Source: an uncultured bacterium (GTDB taxonomy: Bacteria; Latescibacterota; Latescibacteria; Latescibacterales; Latescibacteraceae). From it: a DNA stretch of 50,188 nt. The notes under the pieces were generated by a model. It was given only the letters and a program-made list of their open reading frames with translations, did not search any database and was not told where the DNA came from. The position numbers and the translations under genes were made by a program. Shown piece after piece: positions 9,102-18,006 of the stretch; position 1 is the stretch's first letter, and each line of letters begins with the position of its first letter. The stretch is from positions 1-50,188 of the forward strand of contig CAYWBT010000004.1 of the NCBI GenBank assembly GCA_964456585.1, written 5' to 3'.

Positions 9102-9822
9102 AGTGATTAAGAAGAGCGTTGAACTTGACGACGCTGTCACCATTAAAATATCCGATCGTAACTCGACCGCCCTGGCACCGAACGACACCAAAGGAACCAG
9201 GGCTTCTTTGAATTTCAGGAGGGGCATCGATTCGGCGATCGACATCTGTTGCGGGCGCGTCAAAGAGCACGTTTCCGGGCTCGAAGACGACAGGAAGCAC
9301 GAGATGGAGGAGTCTTCCCGTGCTGCGTACGATCGGGGATACACCGAAGGGAAAGAGGCAGAATTTGTTGAACGTGATGCTTATGTCAACGAACATTTCT
9401 CCAGCAGTTTCAGGGTCATTGATACCCTGGTGAAGGAGACGAAGAAGAGCAAGGAAAACGCCTCTCGCGGTCTCGAAAAAAAGCTGATCGCGCTTGCCAT
9501 TGCTATTGCGGAAAAGATAATCCATAAAAGTATTGCAACAGATACCTCGATTATTGAAACCATCGTTGCCGAAACGATAGCGCATGTCATCAGCGGTGAA
9601 ACCCTGATATTGAAAGTCTCTGCGGCTGATTTCAAGCACATTAACAGCCAGTATGATAAGTGGCTGGAACAGACGGGAAACGTCGGAGAATTTCGTATCG
9701 AGATCGACAAGCGCATGACGTCCGGCAACTGCCTCATCGAAACGGAAGGGGGTATAATCGATGGAATACTCTCCCATCGTCTCGATGAAATAGCAGAAGA
9801 GCTGTTAAAGGTAAACGGGTAA
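9094..9822 (+). CDS. fliH: Flagellar assembly protein FliH
   Basis: Probable TTG start at 9094 after GGAGGAG; AYDRGYTEG repeat, LAIAIAEKII, GNCLIETEGGIID; lies between fliG and fliI. Confidence 0.9.
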   Translation: MSKVIKKSVELDDAVTIKISDRNSTALAPNDTKGTRASLNFRRGIDSAIDICCGRVKEHVSGLEDDRKHEMEESSRAAYDRGYTEGKEAEFVERDAYVNEHFSSSFRVIDTLVKETKKSKENASRGLEKKLIALAIAIAEKIIHKSIATDTSIIETIVAETIAHVISGETLILKVSAADFKHINSQYDKWLEQTGNVGEFRIEIDKRMTSGNCLIETEGGIIDGILSHRLDEIAEELLKVNG

Positions 9823-9949
9823 CAGTGCCCGGCGATTACCCGATGCTGAAAAAGTGCCGGGAGTGCCCCGTCCGGTGGGCGTTATAAATGCAGACCGTTC
9901 ATTCTCTGAGCCTGAAAATAATATTTCACCACCCTCGTATGGGGAATCA

Positions 9950-11341
9950 ATGAACGTCTTTCCGTTTGAAGAATACAATAATGCCTTGAAAAAAATGGAA
10001 ACGATCACCCGCGGCGGTGTTGTAACCGAGTCACGCGGTTTGGTTGTTGAATCGAAGGGTCCCCAGTCTTCCCTTGGTGAAATATGCCGTATCGACTGTG
10101 GAAACGAAAAATCTGTTTTAGCGGAAGTCGTTGGTTTTCGTGATAACAGATTGCTGTTGATGCCACTCGGCGACCTGGGTGGTATTGCCCCGGGGCGGAG
10201 GGTTTGTGCGTCTGGCAGCCCCTTCATGCTCGATGTTGGTGTCAGCATGATCGGGAGGGTACTGGATGGATTCGGCAGGCCGATCGATGGAAAGGGATCG
10301 ATAGAGTATACCGATAGCTTACCCATCAATGGTGAAAAGCTCAATCCGCTCACCCGTGACCGCATCACGACGCCGCTCTGGACTCAGATACGCGCCATCG
10401 ACGGTGTCGTTACCATTGGCAAAGGTCAGCGAATCGGTATTTTTTCCGGCAGCGGTGTCGGGAAGAGCGTGGCCATGGGCATGATTTCCCGCAAGGTCAT
10501 CGCCGATGTGAGTGTGATCGCCCTCATCGGTGAACGCGGCCGTGAGGTTCGTGAGTTCCTCGAGAAGGATCTCGGGGAAGAAGGTCTCAAGAAATCCGTT
10601 GTCATCGTGGTAACTTCCGATCAGCCGCCGATTCTCAGGATTCAGGGAACGAAGGTGGCGATGACCATCGCCGAATACTTCAGGAGCATGGGGAAAGATG
10701 TAGTGTTCCTGATGGATTCGGTGACCAGGGTTGCCATGGCACAGCGCGAAATCGGTCTTTCCGCCGGCGAGCCTCCAACAACAAAAGGATATACGCCATC
10801 GGTGTTTGCACTTATGCCGCAGATCCTTGAGCGTGCGGGAACGTCTGAAAAGGGTACCATTACCGGTATTTATACCGTTCTCGTTGAGGGTGACGATGTC
10901 AACGAACCGGTCAGCGATATCGTGCGCTCGATCATTGACGGTCACATAATACTATCGAGACGGCTTGCCAATCGAGGGCACTATCCCGCGATCGACATAT
11001 TGTCGAGTGTTTCGAGGGTTCAAATCGATGTCGTGAGTGAAAAACATCTGAAAATGGTACAGAAACTGATCGATATTTATGCTACCTATTCAGAGGCGGA
11101 AGACCTGATCAATATCGGCGCGTACGTTCAGGGCTCAAATCCGAACATCGACCGGGCTATCAACAGGATCGACGACATCAACCGTTTTCTCAGGCAGGGT
11201 ATCGGTGAGTATACTCCGCCGGATGAGACACTGGCACTACTCGAGGACGCTATCGGTGGTATCGATGATTTCAGTGGTGCTGTCAATCCGGAAGATGCCG
11301 AAAAAGCGAACATCTCCGGGAAAACCGAGGATAGAACATGA
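9950..11341 (+). CDS. fliI: Flagellar export ATPase FliI
   Basis: GQRIGIFSGSGVGKS, LIGERGREV, DSVTRVAMAQREIG, GEPPTTKGY; probable ATG at 9950 (ORF track starts at 9854). Confidence 0.97.
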   Translation: MNVFPFEEYNNALKKMETITRGGVVTESRGLVVESKGPQSSLGEICRIDCGNEKSVLAEVVGFRDNRLLLMPLGDLGGIAPGRRVCASGSPFMLDVGVSMIGRVLDGFGRPIDGKGSIEYTDSLPINGEKLNPLTRDRITTPLWTQIRAIDGVVTIGKGQRIGIFSGSGVGKSVAMGMISRKVIADVSVIALIGERGREVREFLEKDLGEEGLKKSVVIVVTSDQPPILRIQGTKVAMTIAEYFRSMGKDVVFLMDSVTRVAMAQREIGLSAGEPPTTKGYTPSVFALMPQILERAGTSEKGTITGIYTVLVEGDDVNEPVSDIVRSIIDGHIILSRRLANRGHYPAIDILSSVSRVQIDVVSEKHLKMVQKLIDIYATYSEAEDLINIGAYVQGSNPNIDRAINRIDDINRFLRQGIGEYTPPDETLALLEDAIGGIDDFSGAVNPEDAEKANISGKTEDRT

Positions 11342-11790
11342 ATCGTTTCAGGTTTCGATTCGAAAGCCTCCTGAAAGTGCGTAAAGCCGAAGAAGAGGTC
11401 AAAAAGCGGGAATTCGGTGTTGTGCTCGGTCATCTCAAGCACGAGGAAGATCAGTTTAACAGGATCAACGATTCCATCTCCTCGCTCGACGAATACCGTG
11501 AAAACGCTACCGAGGGAAAGGTGACAACACCACGAAAACTATCCCACGAATTTCAGTATTCACAACGTCTTGAACAGGAAAAGTCCGAACAGGAAAAGAC
11601 GCTCGATTCAGTCAAGGAGGTTGTGGAAGAGAAACGGAAAGATCTAGTCGAAGCGACCAAGAAGAAAAAGATTTTTGATCGGCTCAAGGAAAAAGATCAG
11701 GGTGAACACAATCAGGCCGAGCTGAAAGAAGAACAGGCGCTCATTGATGAACTCTCGACAGAGCGATTCAACAACAAGAACTTAGAGTAA
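11338..11790 (+). CDS. fliJ: Flagellar export protein FliJ
   Basis: N-terminal FRFRFESLLKVR, C-terminal EQALIDE; follows fliI with an ATGA overlap. Confidence 0.92.
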   Translation: MNRFRFRFESLLKVRKAEEEVKKREFGVVLGHLKHEEDQFNRINDSISSLDEYRENATEGKVTTPRKLSHEFQYSQRLEQEKSEQEKTLDSVKEVVEEKRKDLVEATKKKKIFDRLKEKDQGEHNQAELKEEQALIDELSTERFNNKNLE

Positions 11791-11979
11791 AAATCATACC
11801 ATCCCCCTTCCTCTCATAAAGATATACCCCTCACTCTGGTTCCCTATTGAATGCGCATACCGGCGATACCGTGCTCGTTATGCAATTCCGCAAACAGTAC
11901 CGCTGTCTTGTCAGTCAATTAGAGTATGGCGTGCGAGTGGTGAAAAAAAGGGTAGGTATCAAAGGGGCATGGGAGCAGA

Positions 11980-12408
11980 TTACAAGCCGCGCTCCTTTTT
12001 TTCCTCGACCTTCTTGCATTCGATACACAAGGTGGCATGAGGAACCGCTTCCAGGCGTTCTTTTGAAATGAATGCTCCGCACGCACGGCATTGTCCGTAG
12101 GAACCGTCTTCGATTCGTTTGAGCGCCTCGTTGAGATGATGGAGGTATCGACCTTCGCGCGATGCCAGACAGAAAGCGATTTCCCGGTCGGAGGTATCGG
12201 TTCCCTGGTCGGCCATATGAAACGAATACGATGAGAGGTTGCCGGTGAGATCCTGCGCCGTTGATTGCATGTTCGAGGATTCGAGGTAGCCGAGTTCCTC
12301 GTATAGTTCCATTTTTTTCTTGAGAATCAGCTTTTTGAAGAAATCAAGTTCACGTATCATCACATTCACTTTTTCATCCAACGTTATCAAGCGTGGTAGG
12401 ATAATCAT
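11980..12408 (-). CDS. dksA: TraR/DksA family C4 zinc-finger transcription factor
   Basis: Coiled-coil tip HMADQGTD, ALKRIEDGSYGQCRAC...ISKERLEAVPHATLCIEC; the true start may be further downstream (about 12360). Confidence 0.9.
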   Translation of the reverse strand: MIILPRLITLDEKVNVMIRELDFFKKLILKKKMELYEELGYLESSNMQSTAQDLTGNLSSYSFHMADQGTDTSDREIAFCLASREGRYLHHLNEALKRIEDGSYGQCRACGAFISKERLEAVPHATLCIECKKVEEKKERGL

Positions 12409-12649
12409 ACTTTATCAGGTACGATGCTTTTAGAAACCGCCCTGGTGGCGAAACCAGCGAAAAAATGACACCTACCCGCTGCAGGTACTCTATCGAATGA
12501 AAGAGAATTGCCCTTGTATTCACCGCAGATGAAACAGCTCCGCCATGTCGCTGACATCGACACGTTCATGCATTCAAAAACCGGGGCGCTCGGAGATTTC
12601 CCACCGCCCGGGTACAAGCACGAAATGAACATCGTGTTGATGAAGGCAG

Positions 12650-12679
12650 ATAATATATATATTTTTATATAAAATTCAA
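12650..12679 (-). promoter_or_regulatory. Possible sigma70-type promoter for dksA
   Basis: Minus-strand TTGAAT with TATATT (16-nt spacer) or TATTAT (18-nt spacer) in a very AT-rich patch. Confidence 0.35.
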
Positions 12680-12957
12680 ATATTATTTTTATACGGGATA
12701 TGACCATCAAATCCGACTCGTACGGCGCCTGCTTCCTTCAGGGATTTTGCAGAATCCCGGCCCCGGAATCGAGCCCGTGTGGTTTATCGTAAACGACTAT
12801 GTCCGGCGCAAAGAGCAGGGGAGGTTCAGGATTTCTCTCAGGATTCTCTTCGTATCGTCATCGCCCACATTTTCTTTATCACCTCGGCATTTTTTTATTT
12901 TCTGATACCGTTCATCAAGACACGTTCTCGCATGAAAAGAACAGATCGTGAACAGGC

Positions 12958-12990
12958 GGAAAAAAATACCCTCCGACGGAATAATATTCT
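12958..12990. promoter_or_regulatory. Tandem putative enhancer sites upstream of the motE-fliK sigma54 promoter
   Basis: GGAAA-AAA-ATACC (12958) and GGAAT-AAT-ATTCT (12978), 20 bp apart, the same arrangement as upstream of flgF. Confidence 0.55.
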
Positions 12991-13082
12991 CTGTTATCTA
13001 CAGGTATATAATAAAAACACGATGCATTGTAATATCATGATATACAGAGAGATATGGTGATATTCTTATGTTTTATTTATAT

Positions 13083-13098
13083 TGGCATATTAGTTGCA
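13083..13098 (+). promoter_or_regulatory. Sigma54 promoter of the motE-fliK-flgD-flgE operon
   Basis: TGGCAT-ATTAG-TTGCA, GG-N10-GC. Confidence 0.87.
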
Positions 13099-13150
13099 AC
13101 AATTGTGTAACCGAAGACCTGTGTCTCAACCGGGAGAGGATCTCTGTATA

Positions 13151-13753
13151 ATGAAGAATAAACTGCTGATACTGGTTTTGAGTGTCACGTCGTTTTTTAC
13201 GATTGTTTTTGGAACCATTTATTTCACTGGAATCAGGAAGTACGGGACACCGTCCTCGTATCGAAACCGGCAGCTCCTCATGCTTCAGGCGAGAGAGGAT
13301 TCAATCCGAGCGCTCAAAGCAATAGCACCGTCGGGGAACATCGCGGATTCCACCATGATGGGAATGAGTGCCTACTCGAAGCTTGTCACGGACGCCAGTG
13401 TAAAGGAAGAGAAATTAACGGCCATTGAGGTCGCCATAGATTCTCTCAGGCAGTACAAGATGTTACTCGAATCAAAAGAAAGCGATATTGAAGGAAAACA
13501 GGAAAAACTTACAACAGGCCGTGAAATTCTCTTAGATGAAACGGTTGAAAAACTGGCACAACTCTATGACATCATGAAACCGGCGCTTGCGGTACCGCTC
13601 TTCATCGAAATGGATGATACGCTTGCGGTCAAGATTATCTCCAGGATGGAGGGGCGCTCAGCCTCGAGGCTTATGGGAATGCTGGCCGAAAAGGATGTCA
13701 ACAAGGCGACGCGGATCAACAAGTTGCTTTCGATGAAAGAGGTTGTTGAATAA
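13151..13753 (+). CDS. MotE/YlxF/FlbB family flagellar protein (MgtE-N-like C-terminus)
   Basis: ATG at 13151 after GGAGAGGA; N-terminal TM, coiled coil, LAQLYDIMKPALAVPLF...AVKIISRMEGRSASRLMGML; usual position just upstream of fliK. Confidence 0.8.
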   Translation: MKNKLLILVLSVTSFFTIVFGTIYFTGIRKYGTPSSYRNRQLLMLQAREDSIRALKAIAPSGNIADSTMMGMSAYSKLVTDASVKEEKLTAIEVAIDSLRQYKMLLESKESDIEGKQEKLTTGREILLDETVEKLAQLYDIMKPALAVPLFIEMDDTLAVKIISRMEGRSASRLMGMLAEKDVNKATRINKLLSMKEVVE

Positions 13754-16743
13754 TGCAGGTTATCCAGGGCATAAACACTTTAGTCGATGCCGTCATGAGG
13801 CTGGTATCGTCCAGCGGGGAATTGCCGAAAACGGCCGATCTCCTCAAAGTGTCCGGTGGTAAGGGCCTGGCCGAAGGCGTGAGTGGAGATTTTATGTCCA
13901 TTCTCGCGGAACTGAGCGCCGGGGGCGATACGAATAAGATCGCAATACCCGTGAACAATGGAGGGGGAATGCCCGTTCTGCTCACCGAAATCTCACCCGA
14001 TGTGCTCACCACTGAAGGAAATCTGCCGATCCCGGCCAAGCTTGCGCTGATGGGCGATGACGGTGAAATCGTTTACCTTCCCGTATTCGTACATATCACA
14101 GACGGCGAACATGAAATCGCAGCCGGCAACCAGCCGACTACCCTGCGTATCGAACGCGAAAATCGATCCACAGAACTCACAGAACTCACAGAATCCACAG
14201 AATCCACAGAATCCACAGAATCCACAGAATCCATAGAATTTAATCCGGTAAGTGTCCCTGGTTTTGTCGCTTCCCTGCCGCCGGCGGGAACGGCAGATAG
14301 TGCCACGGTGGTTTCTTCCGGACAGGGAGAACCTGGTGAAATCAACATCCTTGGTGAAGGTGCCCGGATTGAAACCGACCATCCCCTGGTTTTCCGGAAT
14401 AACACAATTCTGCCGGAACAGGCGGTAATTTCAGCCCCGACGACACCTGAAAATGGACAGAAATTCGTTGCAGGACAGCCCCGGGTTGAGGGAGACAAAT
14501 ATGGTGTCACCGACACGGCCGGAGACGCACCGCCGCCGGTGCCCCAGGGCACCAAAGTTGTTAAGCAGGCGGTTGTTCACAATTCCCCTGTGGTAGGGGA
14601 ACAGAACACGGATGGTGTGGTGACATTCAAGCTGGCAGCGATGCCGGCTGAACAGACAAACGGTGTGCAACAGCCCGTCTTGGGCGATTCGCCGTTGGTG
14701 CATCTGCTTGCCCGGTATGCAGAATCGGGTAATCCGGTTGAGATTGAGCTGGTAGTTCCGCGTGGAGAACTGTTTTCTCCCGATAGTTCGGCGACACCAG
14801 AGGCCGGAACACACCAGTGGCGGCTTGTACTCGCAGATGTACCCGGTGGTACTGGGTATCGAGACATTCCAACCGACACACCAACCGGCGCACCAACCGA
14901 TGCACCAACCGGCGCACAAGATTCACGTGGCTCGACAGGCTCTCTTCTGATTAGTACCCACCGTGAGGTGATAAACAGGCTTGCCGTTCTTTCGGATTCC
15001 AATACGAATACTTCCCACCGCAACGTGAATATACAAGGACAACCAGAGCACGAAGCAGCGTTCGAGAATGCGCAGCCTCTCTCCCGTATCGGGCTTCCGG
15101 ATGCTCCGGAAACATCTCCGGTTTATACGAAGAGTGACGTACCCGTGAGCACAGGTTCTCCGGGGACTTCCCCGGTTCTCACGAGAGTTGGGGTGCCTGA
15201 TGGCCCGGATGCTCCGGAAACGTCTCATGTTTTTGCGGAGAACAAAGTACCTGTTGGCCCGGAAACTTCAGAGACCCTCGGCGCTTTCACAAACAGTGAA
15301 GTATCCCAGAGCACAGATACTCCGGGGACTTCCCCGGTTCTCGCGAGAGCCGGGGTGCCCGATGGCCCGAATACAGCGGAGACTCTCAGCGCTTTCGCGA
15401 AGAGCGAAGTACCCGTGAGCACAGATCCTCCGGAAACCTCCCCGGTTCTCACGAGAGTTGGGGTGTCCGATGGCCCGGATGCTCCTGAGGCTGTCGGCAC
15501 TTTCCCGAAAAGCGAAGTATTCATGAGCACAGATCCTCCGGAGACTTCCCCGGTTCTCACGAGAGGTGGCGTGCCTGAGGGCCCAGATGCTCCTGAGGGA
15601 GCGCCGCCACAAGTCACCTCGTACGGGACGGCAGCCGGGAAAAGTGCTTCGCCTCCCGCGGGCGAAACGCGTGAGGTATTGTCAACCACCGTGGATCGGG
15701 ACCTTCCCGCACCTGCTGTCGAAAACACCGGGATTGTTCAGGAAACAATGCCACCAGAAAGCAGACGGGAAACTATACGGGCACACAACAGCCGGACGTT
15801 CGCCTACCAAGCTCGTATCAGTAGCGAAGGCAATCACCAAGGGAGAGCGGTTACCAACGATTCACCATACCCGGGACAGGTACCATCAGAACGAACAGGC
15901 GGCGAGGGCGAGGGACCGACGACCGCACCGGATAGTAACGCCATAAAGGCCCCGCAATCCGAAAAAGAAGTAGTGATGAAATCACCTGTCGAACGAAGAG
16001 ATGTCAACCAACCGGTGCGGGAAACATCCGGCCCGGATTCCCCGGAACTTGTTCGGCGTGATATCGGAGGACAGAAACCGTTCACCCTGGTTGCTGCCGA
16101 AACATCCGAATTGTTATCCTCACGCGGTAAATCCTCCGTTCTCACTGCAGGGGAAGGTGATGTGGCGCAGAGTCTGTCGATCGAACCGGGCGTACAGGGT
16201 GCCGCAGTTCAGGGCACGTCCGAATCTGCCGATTATCCCGGCGTCTTCTCGGTAAAATCCGCTGCTGTACCAGCGAGACCAGATTCTGACATGAATGAGT
16301 ACGAGGTTATGAACACCATCGTCCGTCATGCCAGGTTCATGAGTCGAGACGGGCGATCCAGCGCGGTGATTCGACTCGAACCGGCGAATCTCGGCCGGGT
16401 AAAACTGGATATAGTGACCGAACAGTCACGGGTAACCGGCAGGATTATTGTCGAATCGGCTGAAGTGAAGGAAATAGTGCAGCATGGTCTGAAGAATCTG
16501 GCCGAAACGCTGTCACAGAATGGATTGAAAGTCGAATCGTTCGATGTACAGGTGGGTCATAACGACGGTACAGATGCGTGGGCGCAGCGGGAACAACTCC
16601 GCCAGCATGCCGGGAAAGAAAATATTCGCTCCGCTACCTCCGCCTGGACACGGCGGGATGCCGGTGTGGAAGGAACTGCTGTGGTCCCGGGATCGGCACC
16701 GTCGAGATCGATAGATTCTCATATGTTGGATATAACAGTATAG
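13753..16743 (+). CDS. fliK: Flagellar hook-length control protein FliK (very long, 996 aa)
   Basis: P/T/S/E-rich low-complexity body; C-terminal T3S4 domain AVIRLEPANLGRVKLDI...LAETLSQNGLKVESFDVQVG; ends MLDITV; directly upstream of flgD. Confidence 0.9.
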   Translation: MQVIQGINTLVDAVMRLVSSSGELPKTADLLKVSGGKGLAEGVSGDFMSILAELSAGGDTNKIAIPVNNGGGMPVLLTEISPDVLTTEGNLPIPAKLALMGDDGEIVYLPVFVHITDGEHEIAAGNQPTTLRIERENRSTELTELTESTESTESTESTESIEFNPVSVPGFVASLPPAGTADSATVVSSGQGEPGEINILGEGARIETDHPLVFRNNTILPEQAVISAPTTPENGQKFVAGQPRVEGDKYGVTDTAGDAPPPVPQGTKVVKQAVVHNSPVVGEQNTDGVVTFKLAAMPAEQTNGVQQPVLGDSPLVHLLARYAESGNPVEIELVVPRGELFSPDSSATPEAGTHQWRLVLADVPGGTGYRDIPTDTPTGAPTDAPTGAQDSRGSTGSLLISTHREVINRLAVLSDSNTNTSHRNVNIQGQPEHEAAFENAQPLSRIGLPDAPETSPVYTKSDVPVSTGSPGTSPVLTRVGVPDGPDAPETSHVFAENKVPVGPETSETLGAFTNSEVSQSTDTPGTSPVLARAGVPDGPNTAETLSAFAKSEVPVSTDPPETSPVLTRVGVSDGPDAPEAVGTFPKSEVFMSTDPPETSPVLTRGGVPEGPDAPEGAPPQVTSYGTAAGKSASPPAGETREVLSTTVDRDLPAPAVENTGIVQETMPPESRRETIRAHNSRTFAYQARISSEGNHQGRAVTNDSPYPGQVPSERTGGEGEGPTTAPDSNAIKAPQSEKEVVMKSPVERRDVNQPVRETSGPDSPELVRRDIGGQKPFTLVAAETSELLSSRGKSSVLTAGEGDVAQSLSIEPGVQGAAVQGTSESADYPGVFSVKSAAVPARPDSDMNEYEVMNTIVRHARFMSRDGRSSAVIRLEPANLGRVKLDIVTEQSRVTGRIIVESAEVKEIVQHGLKNLAETLSQNGLKVESFDVQVGHNDGTDAWAQREQLRQHAGKENIRSATSAWTRRDAGVEGTAVVPGSAPSRSIDSHMLDITV
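14167..14238 (+). repeat. 9-bp in-frame tandem repeat (8 units, TCCACAGAA consensus) in fliK
   Basis: Encodes STE-LTE-LTE-STE-STE-STE-STE-SIE. Confidence 0.95.
14869..14916 (+). repeat. 12-bp in-frame tandem repeat (4 units) in fliK
   Basis: CCAACCGACACA/CCAACCGGCGCA/CCAACCGATGCA/CCAACCGGCGCA, encoding PTDT-PTGA-PTDA-PTGA. Confidence 0.9.
15109..15594 (+). repeat. 108-bp (36-aa) degenerate tandem repeat, about 4.5 units, in fliK
   Basis: CCCGGTTCTC recurs at 15171, 15333, 15441 and 15549 (spacings 162, 108, 108); protein unit approximately ETLSAFAKSEVPVSTDPPETSPVLTRVGVPDGPDAP. Confidence 0.9.
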
Positions 16744-16766
16744 TGAAAAATAACGAGTAAGGAGCG

Positions 16767-17489
16767 TTGAACATCATGATGCCTTCAAGCACATTTAACT
16801 CCCTGTATTCTGAAATGAGTGTCAGACAGCCTACCACGGGAGAAGGAAACAATTCGAACATGAATTTTGATGTGTCGGCTCTTGGGAAAGACGATTTTCT
16901 GACACTCCTTTTGGCACAGCTCAGGAACCAGGATCCGCTGGCTCCGGCTGATAATACCGAGTTTATCGCCCAGCTCGCCCAGTTCAGCTCCCTGGAGCAG
17001 ATGACGCGGATGAACGATAACCTGGAGCAGTCGCTCGAAAACAATACGGCGATGTCTGCGGCGGTCAGTAACGCGATGATGATCAACTACTTCGGCAAGG
17101 ATGTTACCGCCGAAACGAATGCAATCATGTTCGACGGCGAAAATCCGGTTGATCTCTGGTTTACCCTCGACAGAGAGGCGGGATCGGGTATCCTGGAGAT
17201 CAGAGACAGTTATGATAATGTGGTGCGGACGATCGAACTGGGAGCGATGGACGCTGGTCTCAACTCATATGATTGGGATGGGATGAAAGGTATCGGAACC
17301 CTGGCAGGAGCGGGTGAATATACCTACCAACTCGAACTGACCGATTTCGCGGGCGGGGAAGTATCGCCTGTTCAGCTCCTTTCGGGCAGGGTTGATGGAA
17401 TTTCCTGGATGAATGGCCTTGCGCAGTTGAGTATCGGCGGTGTTCTGGTGCCGTATGACAAGGTAATTGGTATTGCAGAAAGCGAATAA
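16767..17489 (+). CDS. flgD: Flagellar hook capping protein FlgD
   Basis: LGKDDFLTLLLAQLRNQDPLAP...FIAQLAQFSSLEQM, plus an Ig-like domain (WDG...GEYTY). Confidence 0.96.
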   Translation: MNIMMPSSTFNSLYSEMSVRQPTTGEGNNSNMNFDVSALGKDDFLTLLLAQLRNQDPLAPADNTEFIAQLAQFSSLEQMTRMNDNLEQSLENNTAMSAAVSNAMMINYFGKDVTAETNAIMFDGENPVDLWFTLDREAGSGILEIRDSYDNVVRTIELGAMDAGLNSYDWDGMKGIGTLAGAGEYTYQLELTDFAGGEVSPVQLLSGRVDGISWMNGLAQLSIGGVLVPYDKVIGIAESE

Positions 17490-17536
17490 CGTTCAATAAA
17501 CATATCATGAAGAGTAAAGCATAAAGGAGGTAACGC

Positions 17537-17920
17537 ATGGCTGAAATACTCTCGAAACTTGGCGCTGCTGCAGGTGTCGGTCCCCGTGATGGGTTGACCC
17601 GGATCAACCGGGTTGGACGGGACATCTCTTTTTCTGATGTTCTGAAGGCACGTCTGGAGCAGGAAGCCGGGGTGAAATTCAGCGCCCACGCAATGGACAG
17701 GTTGAACGAGCGGAACATTGTCCTGGACAATGAAACGCTTGGCCGGCTATCCGGTGCGGTTTCGAGAGCTGAAGAAAAAGGAATGAAGGATTCGCTCATC
17801 ATCGTTGATGACCGGGCGTTTATCGTGAGTATTCAAAACCGGACCGTTGTCACGGCCATGACCGGTGACTCGATTCGGGACAATATTTTCACCAATATCG
17901 ATAGTACCATACTTGCATAA
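17537..17920 (+). CDS. Flagellar operon protein, TIGR02530 family
   Basis: VKFSAHAMDRLNERNI, AEEKGMKDSL, NRTVVTAM, NIFTNIDS motifs; characteristic position between flgD and flgE. Confidence 0.9.
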   Translation: MAEILSKLGAAAGVGPRDGLTRINRVGRDISFSDVLKARLEQEAGVKFSAHAMDRLNERNIVLDNETLGRLSGAVSRAEEKGMKDSLIIVDDRAFIVSIQNRTVVTAMTGDSIRDNIFTNIDSTILA

Positions 17921-17932
17921 ACAGTGTTCGAA

Positions 17933-17984
17933 TAGGCCGGACCTCGACGAGGAGGCCTGACACCGCTGACTGATGGAGGCGGTG
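17933..17984 (+). promoter_or_regulatory. Putative structured cis-regulatory RNA (two hairpins) in the flgE leader
   Basis: Hairpin 1: AGGCC/GGCCT enclosing a GGA/A internal loop and CCTC/GAGG. Hairpin 2: CACCGCT/GGCGGTG with loop GACTGATGGA. Ends 9 nt before the SD AGGAG (17994). Confidence 0.55.
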
Positions 17985-18006
17985 AGAATTAAAAGGAGAT
18001 ACGACG

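Noticed and set aside
11795-11975. Loose long-range complementarity in the fliJ-dksA convergent spacer
   Set aside because: Pairing is patchy and explained by pyrimidine-rich versus purine-rich halves; no clear terminator.
12405-13060. ORFs 12405-12710 (-) and 12779-13060 (+)
   Set aside because: They run through AT-rich promoter and enhancer DNA, with atypical composition and no motifs.
14167-15594. Repeats considered as a CRISPR array or mobile element
   Set aside because: In-frame coding tandem repeats without unique spacers; no cas or transposase genes nearby.
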